Below are positions 30,582 through 39,451 of a stretch of DNA of 64,000 nt, piece after piece. The stretch is from positions 17,434 through 81,433 of the forward strand of contig PCYM01000006.1 of assembly GCA_002774875.1 (NCBI GenBank), in the 5' to 3' direction. Below the pieces are notes generated by a model, which was not told the origin of the DNA, did not search any database, and saw nothing but the letters and a program-made list of their open reading frames with translations. Position 1 is the first letter of the stretch. Every line of letters starts with the position of its first letter. The position numbers were made by a program, and so were the translations under genes. The DNA is from Candidatus Uhrbacteria bacterium CG10_big_fil_rev_8_21_14_0_10_50_16 (GTDB lineage Bacteria; Patescibacteriota; Patescibacteriia; UBA9934; UBA11717).

Positions 30582-30756
30582 CAAAACGCATGTGTTTGAA
30601 GATAAGCCTCCTCGACGAAGTATTTCAGCAATTAGGAGCGAGGAGTTGTGCAAAAATAAGGGACAAGCCGGCGCCATGCTTACAAGACCTTATCTCTGAC
30701 AAGCTGTCTTCTGCGTGCGAACGCACGCAGAGTGGCGTGGCCTGCCGAGTCACTTA
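30582..30756 (-). repeat. Dispersed ~175-bp intergenic repeat, copy 1
   Basis: Reverse complement aligns by eye with 37785-37960 (AAGTGACTCGG..CAGAAGACAGCT..TTGTCCCT..CTTCGTCGAG..CTTATCTTCAAACACA..GTTTTG). Confidence 0.85.
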
Positions 30757-30833
30757 TTTTTGCACCACTCCGGGCGCTCCTTGACGTAGACCCACATTTT
30801 GGCTATTGTTCCGGCACAAAATCAATTACACGT

Positions 30834-32129
30834 ATGGATATAAAGCGCGAAACCGTTTCTGATTCCGAGGTAAAACTTACCATTACCATCTCTCCGGAGG
30901 AGGTGCAGCCATTTTTGGTGACGGCCGCACGTCATATCTCCGAGCACATGAATATTGATGGATTCCGTCGTGGAAAAGCTCCTTACGAGGCAATCGTGAA
31001 TAATGTTGGAGAGATGCGTGTGTTAGAAGAGGCGATTGAGCCAATGGTGCGTTTGCACGTGGCAAAGGCGTTAATGGACGAGAAGATTGAATCAATTGGC
31101 CAACCACGCGTAGATATTGAGAAGATGGTGCCAGGAAATGAACTTGTGTTTACGGCAACTGTTACGCTTATGCCAGAGGTAAGCAAGATTGCCTCATATG
31201 ACAAATTGACTGTTGAGGGGAAATCAACGAAGGCGGAAGAAAAAGATATTGAGAAAGCCATTAAAGAGCTTACAGGCATGCAGACCAAGGAGGTTCGTGC
31301 CCCAAAGGACACAGAGGTGACCATGGATCAAATGGTGGTCATTGATCTTGAAATGAAAAGGGATCTTGTACCCGTGGAAGGTGGATCAACACAGGGATTC
31401 CGTGTGTACATGCAAGAGGATCACTACGTTCCTGGCATGAAAGATGAGATGCTTGGGATGAAGGAAGGAGATCAGAAGGTCTTTACGCTCGCGTTTCCAA
31501 AAGAGCACTTTCAGAAGCATCTAGCAGGAGCCCCTGTGGATTTTGATGTAACGGTAAAAGAAATTTACGCGTTGGAGTCACCAACAGTGGATGATGCGTT
31601 TGCTGTGTCACTCGGACTGAAGGGTGTTGCAGATCTCCATGAAAAGATTGCCGAGAACCTAGAAAAGGAAAATGAAGAACAAGAGAAGCGACGTATAGAA
31701 CGGGAGGCGCTTGAGTTGTTGGCAGAGAAGTCCGCGTTTGGCACAATCCCAGAATTCCTTGTGGAAGATGAAGTGGAGAAGATGGTTCATGAGTTGGAGC
31801 ACGCCGTGACGTCTCGCGGTGGGGTGTTTGATGACTACATGAAGTCGCTTGGGAAAACGGCGGGAGAGCTACGGGAGGGGATGCGCGACCAAGGGCTATT
31901 GCGCGTAAAGGTTGCATTGTTGCTCCGCGCGATTGGAACCAAAGAAGGATTGGATGTAAGTAACGACGACGTACAAGAGGAGATTGAGAAGCAGCTTGCT
32001 CTTTATAAGGAGGATGATGAAGCACGCGATAAGCTTTCCTCGGATGCGTATAGGGACTATATGCGCTACCGAATGCGTAATGAGAAGGTTGTAGATTTTC
32101 TCTTGGAGAAAATGGTGAAAAAGGCGTAG
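30834..32129 (+). CDS. tig: Trigger factor
   Basis: IDGFRRGKAP ribosome-binding motif, FKBP domain (YVPG..MKEGDQKVF..FPKEH), C-domain. Confidence 0.95.
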   Translation: MDIKRETVSDSEVKLTITISPEEVQPFLVTAARHISEHMNIDGFRRGKAPYEAIVNNVGEMRVLEEAIEPMVRLHVAKALMDEKIESIGQPRVDIEKMVPGNELVFTATVTLMPEVSKIASYDKLTVEGKSTKAEEKDIEKAIKELTGMQTKEVRAPKDTEVTMDQMVVIDLEMKRDLVPVEGGSTQGFRVYMQEDHYVPGMKDEMLGMKEGDQKVFTLAFPKEHFQKHLAGAPVDFDVTVKEIYALESPTVDDAFAVSLGLKGVADLHEKIAENLEKENEEQEKRRIEREALELLAEKSAFGTIPEFLVEDEVEKMVHELEHAVTSRGGVFDDYMKSLGKTAGELREGMRDQGLLRVKVALLLRAIGTKEGLDVSNDDVQEEIEKQLALYKEDDEARDKLSSDAYRDYMRYRMRNEKVVDFLLEKMVKKA

Positions 32130-32214
32130 GAGATGTTAAAATGAGGCTGTTACGGCCTCGTTTTTTTCATGATCATTTAACCATACCTATCCTCGAGCTG
32201 TGACAGGCTAGATT

Positions 32215-32492
32215 CCTTCGCCGACTTGTCCCTAACGTAGCACAACGTGCGAAGTGAGAGCTCATACTTTAAAACACATGCGTTTTGAGAATTGCGCTCG
32301 GTGCATTGCTTTAAATAATCTGCAAGGAGTCGTCGATGTACCAGTGTATTGCCTGCGTCTGCTAAAGATTGGGTCGACGCCCAACACGGATTATTTAGAA
32401 GCAACACGCCTCGCTCCTACATTGCTAAACTTCTTCGCTGAGTTCATTCATCTTCAAACACACGTGTTCTCGGGGGCGAAGTCTAGATGAGA
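32215..32492 (+). repeat. Dispersed repeat, composite copy 3
   Basis: Modules CGCCGACTTGTCCCT..GCACAAC, AAACACATGCGTTTTGAGA, CTCGCTCCTACATTGCT..ATCTTCAAACACA, TGTTCTCGGGG.CGAAG. Confidence 0.75.
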
Positions 32493-32574
32493 TTAGAAAT
32501 TTAAGCCGAAATCTGTACGACTGTGAGAAAATCACCTTAAGTTGATAGGAGCAGAAGTTGGTAATTTGATATCT

Positions 32575-32841
32575 ATGAAACTCAATGTAAAAGCGATCCC
32601 GGGAGCACAGCGAACGGAGGTCATGGGATGGTTGGACGAGACCACGGTAAAGATTCGTCTCAACGCGCAGCCAGAAAAAGGAAAAGCAAATGCAGAACTG
32701 ATTGCATTTCTGGCAAAGCAACTCGGGATTGCAAAATCATCTTGTACGGTTTTGCGCGGCACGACGTCGCGTGACAAAGTCGTTGGGCTGCCCGAAAGAG
32801 AATGGGAGGAGCTGCGTGCAATTTTACAAAAACCCATGTAA
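32575..32841 (+). CDS. DUF167 (YggU-like) protein
   Basis: VKAIPGA..EV.G, QPEKGKANAELIAFLA..LG, GTTSRDK. Confidence 0.9.
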   Translation: MKLNVKAIPGAQRTEVMGWLDETTVKIRLNAQPEKGKANAELIAFLAKQLGIAKSSCTVLRGTTSRDKVVGLPEREWEELRAILQKPM

Positions 32842-32891
32842 CAGAGAACCCCGGCACGCCAGGATTCTCGTGTCGGGGTTGAGGTTGAGGA

Positions 32892-33113
32892 TCAGACATG
32901 CACCACTCCCTCAAAAGGAGTCTGTGCGATGATCCGGAAGCGTGGCTGGTTGGTGTCTGGGTCGCGCGAGACAATCTCTATGGAGACGACCTCCGGGTTG
33001 GGGAAGCCGGCCGTGCGCAGCTGCTCGCGGATCTCGAATTCGTTGCTTGCGGTCGACGCAACTTGTAACAAGAAGAGGAACAGTTCGTGAGCCTTGGAGA
33101 TGTCGGGTTTCAT
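32892..33113 (-). CDS. Small hypothetical protein (SD-led orphan cassette)
   Basis: TTGACA-17-TACGGT promoter, AAAGGGGG before ATG (MKPDISKAHE), terminator 32844-32869. Confidence 0.6.
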   Translation of the reverse strand: MKPDISKAHELFLFLLQVASTASNEFEIREQLRTAGFPNPEVVSIEIVSRDPDTNQPRFRIIAQTPFEGVVHV

Positions 33114-33201
33114 GGGACCCCCTTTCAACGAGACCGTACGCCTTGTTGCTGCCCGTGTCAATGATTGACGCAAGCGCTCATTTTGCTATAGTCCAACAAC
33201 T

Positions 33202-34419
33202 ATGGACCAGAACAAACACGTCTACTTGGATCACGCCGCCACCACACCACTCGCGCCAGAAGTATTGGAGGCTATGATGCCCTATTTACAGGAGACTTAC
33301 GGGAATCCTGGGAGTTTTCATTCCATTGGCAAACAGGCAAACGACGCGGTGATTGCGGCTCGCGAGGGAATTGCGGAGTTGCTTGCTTGTAGGTCTGATG
33401 AGATCTTGTTTACAAGCGGTGGTACGGAAAGTGATAATTTGGCAATTTTGGGATACGCGCGCGCCATGGCAAGTAAAGGTAAACATCTTGTAACGACGTC
33501 TATTGAACACCACGCGGTGTTGGAGGCAATGCAGCATTTGGAACGCAAGGAAGGATTTGAATTAACGATTGTCCCTGTAGAGAAAAACGGGATTGTAAAT
33601 GCGCAGGCGGTGTTGGATGTGATCAGAGAGGACACAACCATCGTATCGGTTATGTTGGTCAACAATGAGATTGGAACGATTCAACCCGTTGCCGATATTG
33701 GACGGGCGATTGAGAAGAAAAAACAAGAGGGGCACGCGCAACACGTGGCATTTCATACGGATGCGTGTCAGGCAGCGGCGTACTTGGACTTGGACGTGCG
33801 CAAACTACACGTGGATCTTCTCTCGTTGAATGGATCAAAAGTCTATGGACCAAAAGGATCCGGTCTTCTCTATGTAAAGCGCGGTGTTAAACTCACGCCA
33901 TTGCAATTTGGTGGTGCGCAGGAGCGTGGATTGCGGCCAGGTACGGAGAACGTTGCGGGGAGTGTTGGCCTTTGCAAGGCGTTACAACTCGCGGTGGATC
34001 GACGTGAGGAAGATACGGATCATTCGCAGCCATTACAAGCGCGACTCATTGATGGTGTTCTTTCAACGATTTCCAAGACGCGACTTAATGGCGACCGTGC
34101 GCAACGGATCCCAAACAACGTCAACATCTCCTTTATGGATTTAGAGGGCGAAGCGCTATTGCTTTATTTAGATGCGGTAGGTGTCTATGCCTCTACGGGG
34201 AGTGCATGTACGAGCGCGTCGTTGGATCCATCACACGTGATTTTGGCACTCGGCATGCCGTTTGAGGTGGCACACGGCAGTATGCGATTTTCGCTCGGTC
34301 GATCTACAACGATGGCGGATATTGAGTACCTTTTAGAGGTGTTACCACCCCTTGTGGAGCGTTTACGTGCCATGAGCCCTGTTTGTGTAGATGAGAAGTA
34401 TTTTGAATTAGAAGCGTAA
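33202..34419 (+). CDS. iscS: Cysteine desulfurase (IscS/NifS family)
   Basis: YLDHAATTP, FTSGGTESDN, SIEHHAV, HTDACQ, NGSKVYGPKG, STGSACTS. Confidence 0.96.
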   Translation: MDQNKHVYLDHAATTPLAPEVLEAMMPYLQETYGNPGSFHSIGKQANDAVIAAREGIAELLACRSDEILFTSGGTESDNLAILGYARAMASKGKHLVTTSIEHHAVLEAMQHLERKEGFELTIVPVEKNGIVNAQAVLDVIREDTTIVSVMLVNNEIGTIQPVADIGRAIEKKKQEGHAQHVAFHTDACQAAAYLDLDVRKLHVDLLSLNGSKVYGPKGSGLLYVKRGVKLTPLQFGGAQERGLRPGTENVAGSVGLCKALQLAVDRREEDTDHSQPLQARLIDGVLSTISKTRLNGDRAQRIPNNVNISFMDLEGEALLLYLDAVGVYASTGSACTSASLDPSHVILALGMPFEVAHGSMRFSLGRSTTMADIEYLLEVLPPLVERLRAMSPVCVDEKYFELEA

Positions 34420-34423
34420 GACT

Positions 34424-35110
34424 ATGGCAGACTACAAATCAGAAGCCGTCCAAGGGAGACAGGGAGATGTGTCTTCACAAAGTGGCGCGGAGTCTTGGTT
34501 TTATTCCGACGCGGTAAAGGAACATTTCTTTAGCCCAAAAAACTTCGTGATGGGCGAGGAAGACATGTCAGCATACAATGCTATCGGAAAAGTAGGGTCA
34601 CCCGCCTGTGGAGATGAGCTACGCGTGTGGATGAAGGTCGACGCAAACACAGAACGCATTGCCGATTTTCGGTGGAAAACATTTGGATGCGGGTCGGCCA
34701 TCGCGTCTACGTCCATGGCAAGCGTGATGGTTACAGAGAACGGTGGGATGACGCTGGACGAGGCGCGTAAACTCAAACCGCAAGATATTATGGAGCGATT
34801 GGGTGGACTGCCAACGCGAAAGTTTCACTGTTCGGTACTGTGCGACAAGGCCCTGCGTGATGCAATTAATGACTACTATCGTCGAACCGATCAGTTTGAT
34901 AAAATCATTGTAGCCGCAAAACGATTAGTCGATCCTGTCTCGCAAGTTACGGATCACGACATTGAGGAGGCCGTGCTAGACGGCGCTATTACCTTGGAGG
35001 CCGTGCAACAACGCACAAAAGTAGGCATTGGAAACCCAACGTGTTTACCAGCAGTAGAAGAATTAATCCGGTTTTATAGAGAAAAATATTTTGGAGCTGA
35101 TACCCTATGA
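34424..35110 (+). CDS. iscU: Fe-S scaffold IscU/NifU-N with C-terminal BFD-like domain
   Basis: GSPACGD, KTFGCGSAIAS, KFHCSVL; C-terminal DIEEAVLDGAITLEAVQQRTKVG..C. Confidence 0.9.
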   Translation: MADYKSEAVQGRQGDVSSQSGAESWFYSDAVKEHFFSPKNFVMGEEDMSAYNAIGKVGSPACGDELRVWMKVDANTERIADFRWKTFGCGSAIASTSMASVMVTENGGMTLDEARKLKPQDIMERLGGLPTRKFHCSVLCDKALRDAINDYYRRTDQFDKIIVAAKRLVDPVSQVTDHDIEEAVLDGAITLEAVQQRTKVGIGNPTCLPAVEELIRFYREKYFGADTL

Positions 35111-35376
35111 CCAATTACCGAATCCGTGTTGACGAAGACTTGTGCATTGGAGCGGCATCATGCGTGACCATTGCTCCGGAGATTTTTCAACTTAACGCCG
35201 AGAATAAAGCGATTGTGCTTGATCCGACACAGACGGACCTCTCAGAAACGTACGAGCGCTGGGTGATGTTGGACGAGGAAGGGTACGAGAATCTGTTACT
35301 TGGTGCGCAGTCGTGCCCAACACTTGCCATCTTTATTTACAACGAGGCGGGAGAGCAACTGTTTCCAGAAATGTAG
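35107..35376 (+). CDS. Ferredoxin (3Fe-4S type motif)
   Basis: VDEDLCIGAASCVTIAPEIF...AQSCPTLAI. Confidence 0.9.
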   Translation: MTNYRIRVDEDLCIGAASCVTIAPEIFQLNAENKAIVLDPTQTDLSETYERWVMLDEEGYENLLLGAQSCPTLAIFIYNEAGEQLFPEM

Positions 35377-35409
35377 TAAAAACCCCCGGGACATGCCGGG
35401 GGTTTTGGT

Positions 35410-36480
35410 TTACGCGAGTTGTTCTTTAAAGTAGTCGACCCAAGGGATTGGAGATGGATCTACCCCATTGAGCGTCCCGAGATAAAAGCTCACATAGCTG
35501 CTTAATTGAAGAGCTGCGAGCGCTTGCTCTAACTTTGTCTCTCCCAGGACATCAATGACGTGCACGGCAATCTCACTCTTCTTTAATACCTTCGCCGTAA
35601 TTTCGTGCCGCTTTTGATTGCGCGTGTGATAAAGGTTTGAGGCAAAGAGCACGAACGCAAGCTTCTTGGCCTCTTCCGGGTGCTGAAGCCCCTCTAGGAG
35701 ATGATGATTCATCTCGGGAATTTCATGCCAATCACTGTAGCATTTTGAGCTTTCATGCGTCTGATTTCGTGCTGTTAACGCATTTCCTACCAAATGCTCA
35801 CTCGCGACAAATACGGGAACGAGACCTTGTAAACTCACGGCTAATTTTTTTGCAATGTTTTTTGACTGAGGAACGGCAGCAGACCATGCTTCGCTGAGTC
35901 CGAGTGTATGACTCACGGCTTGTTTGACGGCATTGTCGCTTAATCGTAGATAGCTAAGTTGTTTAAGGATTCCAAGTTCTGCAAAGAGGGTAAGGCCAAT
36001 GCCCATACGTGGCATGTTGGCAGGATTGGTCAGAAAATCACTAAAAATATAGGCCGGTACCTTTGCACGCTTAGCCGCTTTTTCCAACCTACCACCACTT
36101 GCGATCACAACCGTCGCGCAATGCCGTGAGACGGATTGCTTACACATCGAAAGCGCCTCCTCTGTAGATCCGCTATAGGAGACGACAATAACGAGTGTTT
36201 GTCGATTAACCCATTTTGGCAAGTCATAATCATTGAGGACGATGAGGGGGATATTCATCTCATGACCAAAGATCGCATTTACCAAATGCCCGCCTAGTCC
36301 GGATCCGCCCATGCCAGCTACGACGACTTCTGTACAGCTGAGATAATGTTTTGGGAAAACCATACTCTTCGTCTCGCTCCAGGCTTGCGCACACTGCTCT
36401 GGAAACATAGAGATGGACATAAGCGCATTAGATCCGTCGAGTTGTTCGTAGGTTGATTTTGTATTAAGGGGGAGAGGCAT
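35410..36480 (-). CDS. Bifunctional phosphoglucose/phosphomannose isomerase (SIS domain)
   Basis: GMGGSGLGG, VSYSGSTEE, SGGRL, PRMG, PEMNHH, VDPSPIPWVD..K. Confidence 0.9.
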   Translation of the reverse strand: MPLPLNTKSTYEQLDGSNALMSISMFPEQCAQAWSETKSMVFPKHYLSCTEVVVAGMGGSGLGGHLVNAIFGHEMNIPLIVLNDYDLPKWVNRQTLVIVVSYSGSTEEALSMCKQSVSRHCATVVIASGGRLEKAAKRAKVPAYIFSDFLTNPANMPRMGIGLTLFAELGILKQLSYLRLSDNAVKQAVSHTLGLSEAWSAAVPQSKNIAKKLAVSLQGLVPVFVASEHLVGNALTARNQTHESSKCYSDWHEIPEMNHHLLEGLQHPEEAKKLAFVLFASNLYHTRNQKRHEITAKVLKKSEIAVHVIDVLGETKLEQALAALQLSSYVSFYLGTLNGVDPSPIPWVDYFKEQLA

Positions 36481-36518
36481 AGGGTACGTGTTATGTGTGA
36501 AGTGAATGGGTAGGATGG

Positions 36519-37721
36519 TTAAAACTCTCGTAGATCGATTGTTGTGTCAGAAAGGGGTCGCGATAGTTCACAGAGCCGTTGTTTTGATTTGATCAGAGCA
36601 ATGATTGGAGCGCGATCGGTGTTGTGTTTAAGGAGCGATGCACCGACGACGCGATCTCCTCGCACAAAGAGCAGCGTGCGACCGTCGCCATAATCACGGG
36701 CTAATACCTGTTCGGCGTGTACAATGTTTGCATCTCCAATTGCCACAATATCAATCCCTAGCACATGCGTGGCATAGGAGGAAACGAGCTCAAACGGTGC
36801 GCGCTCACCTGTCATAACCTTTGCAACATGTCGACCCTGCATCTGTGCATTCATCCAATTACCAATGTGCACTTGGCGATTAACAATTGTGTCCATATAC
36901 TCGGTACAATCACCTGCCGCGTAAATATCGGTGACGTTTGTTTCTAAAAACTCGTTGGTTTTTACACCGGTTCCAACGGTAACTCCTGCATCGGACGCCC
37001 AGGAAAATTGACTGCTGATTCCAACGCCTGCGGCCAATACATCAAAGGGAAACGTCCCGTTGTCCTCCGTCTTTGCAATAGCTCCATTGTAAGAGGCAAG
37101 GGACATGTTTTTGTGAACGGTGATGTTGTGCGCTGTGAGGTGTTCCTCGAGTAGGTCGGAAGAGGCTTGGTCAAACGTGTGAGAAAAAAAGGTCGTTCCC
37201 CGCAAAAAAAGGTGCGTACTCCAGGATTTGTTGGCAAAAAGTTCGGCAAACTCCATAGCAATGAATCCACCGCCAATGAGTCCGGCTTTGAGACCTGCAG
37301 ATGTGTGATCATCCAGGAATTCCTTAATGCGGTCGGCGTCCTCGATCGTTTGAAAGTGTAAAACATGTTCCTCGCCAGGCCAGGGGAGATGACGAGTAAT
37401 TCCGCCGCCTGCGATCAGGAGTTTTGTGTAGGTATAGGTGGCGCCGGAGGTCGTTGTGACTGTTTTTGTTTGTGGATGGATGTGTTGCACCTCTTGGATA
37501 GCGAGGTGGATGTTTTGTGTTTGGTACCAATCGGGTGTTTTTAAAAAGACCCGTTCGCGAGGGGTTTTGCCAGTGATGTAGTGGGGGAGGAGCACACGCG
37601 AATAAAGTGGATGGTCCTCGTTGCTAAGGATGGTGATCTCCGATGTTGGGTCCAGCTTGCGAAGTTGTTCAGCGGCCGAAGTCCCTGCGATTCCTCCGCC
37701 AATAATCAGGTAATGGGTCAT
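36519..37721 (-). CDS. NAD(P)/FAD-dependent oxidoreductase (rubredoxin/ferredoxin reductase-like)
   Basis: IIGGGIAG, YSRVLLP, IGGGFIAME, TN..DIYAAGD, W.NA..QG. Confidence 0.88.
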   Translation of the reverse strand: MTHYLIIGGGIAGTSAAEQLRKLDPTSEITILSNEDHPLYSRVLLPHYITGKTPRERVFLKTPDWYQTQNIHLAIQEVQHIHPQTKTVTTTSGATYTYTKLLIAGGGITRHLPWPGEEHVLHFQTIEDADRIKEFLDDHTSAGLKAGLIGGGFIAMEFAELFANKSWSTHLFLRGTTFFSHTFDQASSDLLEEHLTAHNITVHKNMSLASYNGAIAKTEDNGTFPFDVLAAGVGISSQFSWASDAGVTVGTGVKTNEFLETNVTDIYAAGDCTEYMDTIVNRQVHIGNWMNAQMQGRHVAKVMTGERAPFELVSSYATHVLGIDIVAIGDANIVHAEQVLARDYGDGRTLLFVRGDRVVGASLLKHNTDRAPIIALIKSKQRLCELSRPLSDTTIDLREF

Positions 37722-37784
37722 AGTGATTGGATTGTATCAAGGATCCCGGTCTGTATCGAGAGGTCGCTCGGATTGTGTTTAAAA

Positions 37785-38027
37785 AAGTGACTCGGAAGTA
37801 GAGACACGTCTTCGTGCCTTCGCACTCAGAAGACAGCTAGCCAGGAGTAAGCCTTGTACGTCTCTATCCGATTGTCCCTTTTTGTAAACACAACCCTTCG
37901 CTCCCTACATTGCCTGAACTCCTTCGTCGAGTACTCTTATCTTCAAACACAGTCGTTTTGAGAAGACTTGCGCTGTGGCTCCATCTTTCAAAACACCTGT
38001 GTTCTCGGGGACGAAGGCTGGATCTGA
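37785..38027 (+). repeat. Dispersed repeat, copy 2 (with 3' extension)
   Basis: Colinear with revcomp of 30582-30756; extension CAAAACACCTGTGTTCTCGGGGACGAAG matches 32455-32481. Confidence 0.85.
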
Positions 38028-38384
38028 TAAGGTCCAGATCTGACCCATGCATCTCACACTTATACGAATCCTCAATATTCAAATATGTGACGATCGCCCG
38101 TATTTTGAAACAGGTGGTTTTAAGAGATTTCAACAAACCGCAATAAACAATGATTTAAGAGGCGATGAAGAAATATCAAACATGTGACGATCGGCACATG
38201 TTTGATATTTGGACACGATAGTAATTTTTAGGATTATCTGGATGCCTGACTTCAAACTCTCAATGAAAACGAAACGCGCTCCAGGATTCCTGGAGCGCGT
38301 CGTTCGTGTTCTGATCTGACTCAACCCAGGACGGGGAGTCTGTTCTCTCGCGCACGATCAGCATTGCGCGAGGTGGGGGGCGGC

Positions 38385-39200
38385 TCAGGTCTCCTCGTCG
38401 TCGGTGGCCGTCGTGGGGCGGGGGGCGAACTGGAGGAACTTCCCGCCCCTCCGAATCGGCCACCAGCCCATCACGGCATAAAAGGCGAACAAGCCTCCCA
38501 CACCGCAGAGGGCGAGCCCCATGAGGATGTAGGCCAGGGCCCACATCCCCCGAGGCTCGCCGGCGGGGTTTGTGCCGGCGCCGGCCACCATCACCGCCAG
38601 GCCCCAGAGGGCCAGGACCATGGCGGGGATGAGGGCGTAGAGCCGCAACATCCCAGCTGAGGTGGTGGTGAAGGGCTCCTTGGCGATCTTCACCACCTTC
38701 TCCTTCTTCCTCTCCACCACCTTGTAGAACACCGTCGGCTTGGTGCCGATGGTCCCGAGGTTGAGGGCCTTCTTGGCCGGTGGGGTAGACCCTCCGACAG
38801 GGGTGAAGGTGAATCTGGCCAGCTTCACCTTCTTGGCCGGAGCCGTCGGAGGGGCGGGGGCGGCCGCAGGGGCAGCTTTGGGAGCTGCCTTCGGTGCAGC
38901 CTTTGGAACTGCGGGTGCCGCGGGAGGCGGGACCGGTGCAGCCTTGGCCGCCGGCACGAGGGCGGCGCACTGCCGTGCTACCCACTCTCGCCGCGAGGTC
39001 TCCGTCTCTCCGCCGCCAAAGGGCCGGCGGAGGTTGACGGCTGCCTCCAAATCCCCCTGGAGCCCTCTGGCAGCTTCCACCCAGGCCAGGAGGTCGGGGT
39101 TGGGGGTGGTCTCGAGGATCACCATGTAGTGACCCTTTGAGACCTCGTCGGGGCCCAACGCAACGCCGGTACTCCGGAGGAGCCTGAATCTGTGGGCCAT
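38385..39200 (-). CDS. GC-rich hypothetical protein with Ala/Pro/Lys linker and two C-terminal TM
   Basis: AAAGGAGG SD before ATG 39200, own promoter and terminator, PKAAPKAAP repeats. Confidence 0.75.
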   Translation of the reverse strand: MAHRFRLLRSTGVALGPDEVSKGHYMVILETTPNPDLLAWVEAARGLQGDLEAAVNLRRPFGGGETETSRREWVARQCAALVPAAKAAPVPPPAAPAVPKAAPKAAPKAAPAAAPAPPTAPAKKVKLARFTFTPVGGSTPPAKKALNLGTIGTKPTVFYKVVERKKEKVVKIAKEPFTTTSAGMLRLYALIPAMVLALWGLAVMVAGAGTNPAGEPRGMWALAYILMGLALCGVGGLFAFYAVMGWWPIRRGGKFLQFAPRPTTATDDEET

Positions 39201-39451
39201 GCGGCCTCCTTTCCGGGCGTTTAGCCCTTGTTTTTGGGGTTTCTCACATCTTGTGTGAGCCAAGCAACATACCAGAAAAATGCAATTTTGTCAATGGGGG
39301 AGGTGTTTGGGTGAGGGTTGACAAAACCGTGTTTTTCTGGTATATTTCTACGTTATTCCTTAGGAATAGCCGCGGCTTCTGCCGTGTTGAACCGTTCTCT
39401 AAAATTGAAACGCGAAAGCGTACGAGACACCCAACACGGAAGGAGCCAAAT

